Assembly: GCA_003345555.1 (NCBI GenBank)
Contig: PRDJ01000073.1
Location: forward strand, 2,397-34,396
DNA length: 32,000 nt
Origin: Candidatus Thorarchaeota archaeon
Lineage (GTDB): Archaea > Asgardarchaeota > Thorarchaeia > Thorarchaeales > Thorarchaeaceae
Reading direction: 5' to 3'
Below are positions 1-7,418 of this stretch, piece by piece (the first letter of the stretch is position 1; each line of letters starts with the position of its first letter). A program made the translations under genes and the position numbers. The notes under the pieces are model-generated. The model was not told the origin of the DNA and ran no database searches. It was given only the letters and a program-made list of their open reading frames with translations.

Positions 1-482
1 CAACATTGGACATTGCGAGACTTGGGTTCCTTTACCTCAATAATGGCACATGGGATGGGACACAGATACTCCCAGCTGATTTCATCGCTCAAGCAACCAG
101 TCCTATTGATATCCCAAATGCACTCGGTGAACCATTTGGATATGGTTGGCATTGGTGGACTCGTTCGGACCTAGGAGTTTATTTCGCATATGGGCGATAC
201 GGTCAGAAGATCATGGTTTCGCCTGAGCACGACTTGGTGGTAGCTTTCAATGCGATGGTTCCGGATGATGGGTATGACCCTGAGTTCGACCTTTTCAGGG
301 ACTACATTCTGAAGTCTATTGAAGAAGGGCCAGACAAAAGCGGAACTGACTCGATTCCCATTCAACTATACGTGGCTGGGCTCGTCCTAAGCGTCACCAT
401 GATTCCATTGATTGCTGCAGCGGTCTATGTATCAGTTGCTAGATTCCAGCACCGGAAACCCCTATCACCGGAAACCCCCTGA
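1..482 (+). CDS. 3' part of a serine hydrolase (beta-lactamase/class C-like family) with a C-terminal membrane anchor; 5' end lies outside the window
   Basis: DIARLGFLYLNNGTWDGTQIL..., YGWHWW and AYGRYGQKIMVSPEHDLVV match the C-terminal motifs of beta-lactamase-related serine hydrolases. A hydrophobic C-terminal segment (LYVAGLVLSVTMIPLIAAAVYVSV) follows. It overlaps the convergent gene by 18 bp. Confidence 0.8.
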   Translation, partial: TLDIARLGFLYLNNGTWDGTQILPADFIAQATSPIDIPNALGEPFGYGWHWWTRSDLGVYFAYGRYGQKIMVSPEHDLVVAFNAMVPDDGYDPEFDLFRDYILKSIEEGPDKSGTDSIPIQLYVAGLVLSVTMIPLIAAAVYVSVARFQHRKPLSPETP

Positions 483-2594
483 TACACAAGCCGAGTGACA
501 TGCTGAGTGACATGCCGAGTGGCAGACACATGCTGAGTGACACGCCGAGTGGCAAGCTGAATGACATGCATCATGCGAAACACATGCACTGTGACACGCA
601 TCATGTTGTACGCATCGACTGGTGCCCTCAAGAATCGGTTTCAGCGGTTCAGTGATTATCTTGCCGACGTTCTCTACCACTTTCCCGATCGTTGAAGCCA
701 CATTCGAGATAATCTGAGCGGTTGCCTGTCCTACGTCTCCCACGGCTCGTCCGATATCAGATATTGCTTGCCCGGTTGCCGTTGAGATGTCTCCAAACCA
801 AGTTGGCACCTGTGGTGGGGCGGCACCGGACTCGGGGTGAGAGAATGAATCGTGAATGTAAGTATCGTGATGGGGGCTCATGTAGAGCCAATACCACGCC
901 CAGCCATGATACGATCCACTGAAGTAGTAATCTGAACGAGCATCAATCGTGGGATTGGACTGTAGCTCTTCCCAAGCCCCCTCAGCAAGCTTCTCATGCT
1001 CGGCCTTTGTGGCTTCGAAGTCGGCCTGCCAAGACTTCTTCTGCACTTCATCAGCGAGACGCTCCACTAAGTCGTCCAGCTTCTCGGCATCAAACTCATC
1101 ATCCACGACAGCATCAACGAGCATCTGCTCATAGTAGGTCAGCTCCTCAAGCTGTATTCCAGTGACAGACACTTTGAGCGGGTCAACAGACAGAACCCTC
1201 AGTGCTCCTTTCTTGACGCAGGACATCAGTATCATAGAGACTATCTTTTGCCTGCTCTCATTCACAAAGAAGGCGGACTCAACTGGGTCGAGCTCGGCGA
1301 TCGTTCCGGGCGTGCCAAGTGTCTGGATAGCTATCTCAGGTTTCTTGTAGACGCCTGTGGTTTCGTCAGGCTCCCACCTCGCTCCATAGTGAGAAGTCAC
1401 CTTCTTGTAGCCATAGTATGCAATTCCTGCGAATGCTAGGACTCCGAACCCAAGAATCCACGCGCTTGGAGGAATCAACGGTGGTATGTATTCTGTGACG
1501 TAGACGTTTACTGTGAACACGAGCCACTCCGACGCATTCAGACTAGATGATGATACTTGGAAGGTCACTGGCAGGATTGCCGGCACATTTGCAGGCACGA
1601 ATTCGTACGTTAGGAACTGGCCCTCACCTCCAACCAAGGCACCCAGAAATGTTGAGACCTCACCGGAGGTCATGGTCAGATTGATGGGGACTGCCACCGA
1701 GACAGTCACATCCTGCAAATCTGCGTCACCGATGTTGTATACGCCAAAATCGACGTTGAATGGTATATTGGCTTGGGCGTCGATATAATTCACGGCATCA
1801 GACCACAACGCACCCGGTTGAACATAAGGGGCATAGAATGACCAGTTCGTATAATGGAATATTCTCAGATGCTCCTCAGTGTTGGCGGGGTTTGCGGTCA
1901 GACTAACACTGAAGTTTCTGGGCGAGGCCAAGGGATTGGAGGGGTATGCCAAGAGACTGTATGAATCGTAGCTTCGTTCACTGCCTCCGCTCCATATTCC
2001 CTGACGAGAGTCCACAACATACCCAGAGTAGTTTGCACCTTCCTGAGTTATTCCTCCTTCCCCACTTATCCACGAAGGCTGCATGACTATTGGGTATATC
2101 ACGCGGACGTTCTCGATATCGACCGTCTGAAACCATTGCACCGGTGCCCAATTGAAGACTCCCAAATCCAATGTCTGTTGGATTATGCGGCTCGTACTGA
2201 AATACCCGAAGACGACGGTGACCGTCTTGCCACTTTCTGTACGCGGAGTCCAGTCTAGACCATATCCTCCTGACTTGGTCGTTACAATAAGACTGTACTT
2301 GGTGCCGTCCATCTGGACATAAGCCCGATCAGGGTCGTATGCATTCGACTCTTGAATGCCAAGCAGGTCGAAACCCCCGAGCGAGCCACTGATTACCGAG
2401 AAGTTCATCCAGTATGTAACATTGATTCGCCCGTTTAGAAGGACAACCACGTCAACGAACACGCCATCGATATTCACGACTGAACTCTGACTCGGTACAG
2501 CTGCCGTACTGAAAAGGGGCATCAATAATAGTGCAGAGAGCACCACAACCGAGCCGAGCAAAGGCCTACGACCGGACAACAACCTACTCTTCAT
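465..2594 (-). CDS. Large DUF2207-like membrane protein: signal peptide, extracellular beta/Ig-like region, one TM helix, cytoplasmic domain and a C-terminal Cys/His-rich (CHSA)n tail
   Basis: The ORF track starts at TTG 2630; ATG 2594 (MKSRLL) is the more likely start. Features in order: hydrophobic signal (LLGSVVVLSALLLMPLFSTAA); CARDB-like segment (FGVYNIGDADLQDVTV...LGALVGGE); TM helix WILGFGVLAFAGIAYYGY; DUF2207-C-like motifs ELDPVESAFF...KKGALRV and ELTYYEQMLVDAV; Cys-rich tail ending GGFR. Confidence 0.8.
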   Translation of the reverse strand: MKSRLLSGRRPLLGSVVVLSALLLMPLFSTAAVPSQSSVVNIDGVFVDVVVLLNGRINVTYWMNFSVISGSLGGFDLLGIQESNAYDPDRAYVQMDGTKYSLIVTTKSGGYGLDWTPRTESGKTVTVVFGYFSTSRIIQQTLDLGVFNWAPVQWFQTVDIENVRVIYPIVMQPSWISGEGGITQEGANYSGYVVDSRQGIWSGGSERSYDSYSLLAYPSNPLASPRNFSVSLTANPANTEEHLRIFHYTNWSFYAPYVQPGALWSDAVNYIDAQANIPFNVDFGVYNIGDADLQDVTVSVAVPINLTMTSGEVSTFLGALVGGEGQFLTYEFVPANVPAILPVTFQVSSSSLNASEWLVFTVNVYVTEYIPPLIPPSAWILGFGVLAFAGIAYYGYKKVTSHYGARWEPDETTGVYKKPEIAIQTLGTPGTIAELDPVESAFFVNESRQKIVSMILMSCVKKGALRVLSVDPLKVSVTGIQLEELTYYEQMLVDAVVDDEFDAEKLDDLVERLADEVQKKSWQADFEATKAEHEKLAEGAWEELQSNPTIDARSDYYFSGSYHGWAWYWLYMSPHHDTYIHDSFSHPESGAAPPQVPTWFGDISTATGQAISDIGRAVGDVGQATAQIISNVASTIGKVVENVGKIITEPLKPILEGTSRCVQHDACHSACVSHDACHSACHSACHSACVCHSACHSACHSACVSGGFR
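468..614 (-). repeat. Coding repeat: CVQHDA-CHSA-CVSHDA-(CHSA)3-CV-(CHSA)3-CVSGGFR
   Basis: Seven 12-bp CHSA units with six different nucleotide encodings (Ser as AGT, TCA or TCG); 11 Cys and 9 His in 49 aa. Confidence 0.95.
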
Positions 2595-2688
2595 TCGTCG
2601 CACACCGCCCGCGAAAGAGGGATTGGCCAACGCGAGTGTATCGTCTTGTTCCGTGAATCATTTAGTAACAGTCTGAACCACTGATTTC

Positions 2689-3084
2689 TCACTGGCCTTT
2701 TCTGGCCCGAAGCATTTCTGCCTGCGCCGCGGTAAGCTCCGACAAGTCAGCTTTTGCGGTGGCCCACTCTGCCATTTCTGGAAATGCATCAATCATGCCA
2801 CTCCAGACGACGTGATATGCTTTCTTCAGAACAACCGCAGCATCCGAATCCTTTCCAACATACTCGAAGAAGCACTTCACCATGACTGGTGTCTGATCCG
2901 ACACACTGGATGGTACCTCTGTGCCAAAGCCTGCAAAGGCTACATCCAGTTCATGCAGAACGTCAAGCCTCTCCCGTAGACCAGCTGCGAGAACCGGCAG
3001 GTCAATGTCGTAAGCGCTGAATTGCATAACCAGTTTCTTGCCACTGATTGTGCCGTACGGCAGTCTAGATTCGCTCGAACTCAT
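2689..3084 (-). CDS. Hypothetical soluble protein (131 aa) upstream of and co-directional with the Cys-tail membrane protein
   Basis: ATG start, globular composition, fills the gap between two real genes, no competing long ORF. Confidence 0.7.
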   Translation of the reverse strand: MSSSESRLPYGTISGKKLVMQFSAYDIDLPVLAAGLRERLDVLHELDVAFAGFGTEVPSSVSDQTPVMVKCFFEYVGKDSDAAVVLKKAYHVVWSGMIDAFPEMAEWATAKADLSELTAAQAEMLRARKGQ

Positions 3085-3203
3085 AGCACGATGACTCCAG
3101 TATTATGCTGGTTATGTGTCCAGTCTAGAGGTTGATAAGCCTTTCAGCTGAAGGTGCTGGTTCAGAACCATTAAGAGGATTCGCGCTCTTTCGGGAGGCA
3201 GAC

Positions 3204-4625
3204 ATGGAAGCCCCCAGCTATAGTTACACTCTCGACGATCTTTCGTGGGTACCGAAGTTCATGAATGAAGTAAAGGACTTCTTCTTTGCTAGGTCCGAAG
3301 ACAACCTGCTGATTCTCAGACCCAACAAGACGATGCACCTTAATGAAAGCGCCATGATCATGCTAAAGATGCTTCTCGATGGAAAAGAGCCGGCACATGT
3401 TGTTGAACACTTCGTGAAACACTTCAACGCAGAGCAGCAGACTGTCTTGAATGACCTTGCCGCATTCGTCGAGGATCTCAGGAGGATGACGGTTGGGGAC
3501 CAGAACATACTTGCTTACAAAACAGCGAGAATCATCCCGTTTGGTTCGGCCGAGATAAGGTATCCAGTTCTCAGTGAGATTGCACTCACGTATCGATGCA
3601 ATAACAAATGCAAGTTCTGCTATGCCTACTCTCCATACCGGGAATCAAAAGAGATGTCCACAGAGGAAGTCAAGCACGCAATGGACATCATTGTGGACGA
3701 TGCACATGTTCCCAGTCTCTCTTTCACAGGAGGGGAACCTACCCTTCGCGACGACGTGTTTGATTTGATATCGTACGGTCGCAAGAAAGGACTCCGAATG
3801 AACCTCATCACCAACGGTCGTAGATGTGCAGAGACCTCCTTTGTGGAGCAACTTGTCGCAGCAGGTCTCAACAGCGCGCAGGTTTCAATTGAGGGGCCGA
3901 ACGCTCGTATCCATGACTCGATTGCAGGAGTTGAAGGTGCTTTCGAGCAGACAGTGAAAGGCATCAAGAACCTCAAGAAGAGCGGCATCTACACTCACTG
4001 CAACTCAACTATCTGCAGGCTGAATGTTGATTCCCTGACAGACCTTGTCGACTTCCACGCAGACGAACTTGGCCTAACATACTTCAGCATGAACATGGTA
4101 ATCTACACGGGCACAGCTGCCAAGCTGCGAAACGAGCTGATGATATCATACTCACAGATTGGAGACATTGTCAGACTCGTGAAACATCGCGCGAACAAGA
4201 AGGGACTGCAGTTCGTTTGGTACGCACCAACACCCGTCTGTCTGTTCAATCCTATTGCTCACGGGCTCGGCGCCAAGAGCTGTGCCTGCTGCGATGGCTT
4301 GCTTTCTGTTGATCCTGAGGGCGGCGTCCTGCCATGTTCAAGTTTCAGTGAACCTGTTGGAAACATACTCAGAGAAGGATTCGATAACGTTTGGCAATCA
4401 AGGGCGGCCCGGTTCTGGCGTGCAAAGGATTTCGCTCCTGAAGGTTGCAGGGCCTGTAGTCACTTTGCCTATTGTACGGCTGCGTGTCCTCTCTATTGGG
4501 ACGTGTTTGGATACGAGGAAATCAGACCCTTCTGGCCTGAAAAGACTAAGGTAGGGCGGGCAATCGACGACGCAAGACTGAGTCTAAGAAGAAAGACCAG
4601 AGGAAGCCAGCACGGGATTACTTAG
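3204..4625 (+). CDS. Radical SAM/SPASM-domain protein with N-terminal PqqD/RRE-like domain (PqqE-like peptide/protein maturase)
   Basis: CxxxCxxC motif CNNKCKFC; SLSFTGGEPTLR; MNLITNG; QVSIEG. SPASM cysteines CACCDG...VLPC and CRACSHFAYCTAACP. The N-terminal segment LLILRPNKTMHLNESAMIMLKMLLDG...VLNDLAAFVEDL fits the PqqD pattern. The ORF track starts at 3132; ATG 3204 is more likely. Confidence 0.92.
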   Translation: MEAPSYSYTLDDLSWVPKFMNEVKDFFFARSEDNLLILRPNKTMHLNESAMIMLKMLLDGKEPAHVVEHFVKHFNAEQQTVLNDLAAFVEDLRRMTVGDQNILAYKTARIIPFGSAEIRYPVLSEIALTYRCNNKCKFCYAYSPYRESKEMSTEEVKHAMDIIVDDAHVPSLSFTGGEPTLRDDVFDLISYGRKKGLRMNLITNGRRCAETSFVEQLVAAGLNSAQVSIEGPNARIHDSIAGVEGAFEQTVKGIKNLKKSGIYTHCNSTICRLNVDSLTDLVDFHADELGLTYFSMNMVIYTGTAAKLRNELMISYSQIGDIVRLVKHRANKKGLQFVWYAPTPVCLFNPIAHGLGAKSCACCDGLLSVDPEGGVLPCSSFSEPVGNILREGFDNVWQSRAARFWRAKDFAPEGCRACSHFAYCTAACPLYWDVFGYEEIRPFWPEKTKVGRAIDDARLSLRRKTRGSQHGIT

Positions 4626-4638
4626 GCAACCCGGCGGT

Positions 4639-5355
4639 CTACTGGACTCCTGCTCGGTTTACGATGACTCGACCACAGTAGGGGCAGGTCTCCTCCTCAC
4701 CGGGCAGAACAGGCTTTGCTAGCTTGCCACCGCAGAAGGGGCAACTTGTGACGGATTTCGGCAGCTGTGATACTGCTTCTGATGTGAGAGCGACTCTGGA
4801 GTTTTCATCAATTACCCCGCGGAACTTGCCCTCCTTCGACAGCTCTCTGAGAGCCCCAACAATCTGCTCATCAGTCGCTTCTGTGACGGCAGATATCTGA
4901 TCGAACGTCATTCTTCTTTGAGCAAGAAGCAAGTGAAGAAGACTCTCCTTGAGAGTGACCGCACGAGGGCTGACGATTTCCCATGCTCGCTGGTCAAGGT
5001 ACACTAGCGGTATCTGGCGCCTAGCCAGCTTCTCGGCCGCTTCGGAAACCGCTTGAGGATCGAGCTTCAGTTCCCTTGCTGCCGCATCAACACTTATCCG
5101 ACCCTGTTTCTGGACAAGTGGAATTAGCTGGGCTGATACATCGCTGACTCGACTCTCTCGCCTTCCTCTAGATAAAAGCCAGAGACCGATTGCAAGCTCT
5201 GGGAGCCCAAGGATGCCCCATGCCACGATACCTGAAATCAGCCTTACTCCTAATTCGGGCGACACATCTGCAGTTGCAGTGTATACCAGATAAACCATAG
5301 CTAGAGATAGTATCACCAAAATGATACCAAGTAGTTGTACAAACCTTGGGTTCAC
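4639..5355 (-). CDS. Membrane protein: two N-terminal TM helices, tandem winged-helix/PCI-like domains and a C-terminal zinc ribbon
   Basis: Two hydrophobic N-terminal segments; GRISVDAAARELKLD and RMTFDQISAVTEA...GKFRGVID wHTH-like patterns; CPFC...CPYC. Confidence 0.7.
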   Translation of the reverse strand: MNPRFVQLLGIILVILSLAMVYLVYTATADVSPELGVRLISGIVAWGILGLPELAIGLWLLSRGRRESRVSDVSAQLIPLVQKQGRISVDAAARELKLDPQAVSEAAEKLARRQIPLVYLDQRAWEIVSPRAVTLKESLLHLLLAQRRMTFDQISAVTEATDEQIVGALRELSKEGKFRGVIDENSRVALTSEAVSQLPKSVTSCPFCGGKLAKPVLPGEEETCPYCGRVIVNRAGVQ

Positions 5356-5490
5356 CGTTCTCAGCCTAGAAAGGGGACTGCTGCCCCCTCAGTTATACCT
5401 TCTCATCGCCACTGGTATCCGTGCCCACAATAGTTTTATTACCTCAGTCATTAAGTCCGAGACAACTCAGACCGACAGGATGTATAGCTC

Positions 5491-5907
5491 ATGGTCATAG
5501 ACAGAGAGGGAGCAACTAGTGCAATAATCTTGCGCCTAAACACTGGGAAACCCGTGGAGTTCCCAGCGGAGTTTGTATCTGACATAGGGGAGAAAGCTGC
5601 CCTCACCGTGTTGCATCACAAGGACAAAGTCGTCAAGCTATTTCCTGTTTCCAGTGACGTTATCTACCTTCTGAGAATCGAGATTAGCGATCTCTCACGC
5701 AACTTCCTCAAGCAGCTCAACTTTGCATTTAACGATGCTAAGTTGAATGACATCATTTTCACGACTGGCGTTTGCCTAAGGGGAGAACGCTGTTACTACG
5801 AGTGTTATTTCGTGCCCGATCAGCTGGTCGTGACCTTGCGGGAGCTGGAGGATAGCCTCAAGAAAATCCCCGGTGTCTCAAGGGTAGTGTTACGCAAGGT
5901 AGACTAG
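5491..5907 (+). CDS. Small ACT-domain-like protein, possibly an AbrB-ACT-type regulator
   Basis: The C-terminal beta-alpha-beta-beta-alpha-beta pattern ending LEDSLKKIPGVSRVVL is typical of ACT folds; there is also a short N-terminal beta region. Confidence 0.5.
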   Translation: MVIDREGATSAIILRLNTGKPVEFPAEFVSDIGEKAALTVLHHKDKVVKLFPVSSDVIYLLRIEISDLSRNFLKQLNFAFNDAKLNDIIFTTGVCLRGERCYYECYFVPDQLVVTLRELEDSLKKIPGVSRVVLRKVD

Positions 5908-6052
5908 GGAAGGCCACTCGACTAGAGGGTAAGTTAGCATTTTTGGAGAGACCTTCGTGTCTCCCCCTTTTCAAGGGGCCAGAGGACTCAGGCCATCATA
6001 GTATTCTAAGGAGCCCTCTGGCTTCGGGCATGAAATGTCGTGGTCCTAGAAT

Positions 6053-6889
6053 TCAGTCCTCGATGATCTCTCCTCCCGTCGACTCACGGTAGTTTCTCAA
6101 GTTATGCGGGATATATGCATCGAGAAACACCTGAAGGATTTGTTCTGCGTCTCTATAGATTCCATAGGATTCGAAGTATAGGACGACGTTCCTCAAATCC
6201 TCCCTGAGCATAGACTCGGCGTGTCTCATATCGCAGTGTGTGTCGACCTTGTATGCTTGGGGAACGTCTATTATCCAAGGCTGTTCCTGCCACCAGAGAA
6301 TATTGTACTTGCTAAGGTCACCATGTACATAGTGGACATCCCGATACATGATTAGGTAGTCATCAAGAATCTGATCGAACACGAGCTCAGGATGTTCTAG
6401 ATCGACATCCTTCAGCTTGGCGGCGGCCTGCTTGTTGTCACCCAAGAATCTCATTGTCAGGTAGTTACCAACTCTGCCAATTGGGGTAGGCACATGGATC
6501 CCTGCCCGAAAACAGTTCATGAGCAGGTCATACTCTACAACTGCGAAGTTCTCCACCATCTGTAGGACCAGGTGACTTCTCTTCGATGAGGCTACTCCCT
6601 GGAATCCGCTCTTCGCCGACAAATGATGAGAACTGCGGTACAGTCTGTAAGCCTTAAGGACTATTGGGTGCTCCTTCCACAGGGCAAGATAGATCGAGGC
6701 CTCCTTGCCTGCGTTCATCTGGTACAGCAAATCCGTAGCGAGTCCGAACCTAATCGCATCTTCCTTCACAGAGTCGAAGGTCAGTTCGGACAGTGCTGAA
6801 TCCTGGGTTTGATCCTTTGCTTTCTGCTCAGTCCTTTCTCTGGTGAGAGACGAGCCTTTCAGAGGATTGAATTTCTCAACTCGGCTCAT
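6053..6889 (-). CDS. rio1: RIO1-family serine/threonine protein kinase
   Basis: GKEASIYLA, VLKAYR, EYDLL, VPTPIG, catalytic VHGDLSKYNIL and IIDVPQA motifs. Confidence 0.9.
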   Translation of the reverse strand: MSRVEKFNPLKGSSLTRERTEQKAKDQTQDSALSELTFDSVKEDAIRFGLATDLLYQMNAGKEASIYLALWKEHPIVLKAYRLYRSSHHLSAKSGFQGVASSKRSHLVLQMVENFAVVEYDLLMNCFRAGIHVPTPIGRVGNYLTMRFLGDNKQAAAKLKDVDLEHPELVFDQILDDYLIMYRDVHYVHGDLSKYNILWWQEQPWIIDVPQAYKVDTHCDMRHAESMLREDLRNVVLYFESYGIYRDAEQILQVFLDAYIPHNLRNYRESTGGEIIED

Positions 6890-7418
6890 TTCTTCTCCGC
6901 TCCGCGAAAGGGCCCAAGCACTCTCTATGCTTCTCTATATGCAATTCTATTGTACACCTTCGGTGTATGGATAGTTGTGCGTCAATGATTAGTGGCACAC
7001 AAGAGGGACTGCAGGCTTGTGCAACCGTGCTGTGTTTCACTCAGTGGTTTCGGTGACGCACGATGAACGAAGGACACCTAGAGAAACAGAGAAAGCTCAT
7101 TCAACTTCTCGAGCACGGATGCTAACGCCCGCTGCTAGAACAGATACCTCTGCCATCATAAACAGGAACGACACCTCCGTGCTTTAGGTGGCCAGAAAAG
7201 ACTTGGCCTGTTGATATAGGCTTTCCGGTCTCAGAGGGAAAGCGACTCTTCTCATGTCGGAATTTGAGCTCAACCACCAAAACACCTCGTGAGCACAAGA
7301 TACGGACAGAAGCATTTATTTCTGGTAAGTCTCGCGTGACCGCAGTTTCCGTCTGGCGATTCTGAGGCCGACAACGAGACTAATGCAATCATGCTGTGCA
7401 CAGAGAGAGACGAGAAAG

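Noticed and set aside
1-482. Serine hydrolase as the protease releasing the Cys tail
   Set aside because: Convergent orientation, only a fragment visible, and its C-terminal anchor suggests an extracellular catalytic domain while the tail is predicted cytoplasmic.
481-610. Short DNA direct repeats resembling a CRISPR or tandem array
   Set aside because: 12-bp units without spacers, fully explained by the coding repeat.
425-631. 68-aa minus-strand ORF with RVTQHV-like repeats
   Set aside because: Alternate-frame shadow of the CHSA repeat. The synonymous variation preserves the CHSA frame, not this one.
6967-7125. Selenoprotein by read-through of the in-frame TGA at 7054
   Set aside because: The read-through product resembles no known selenoprotein, no SECIS could be identified, and the TGA is part of a probable SD.
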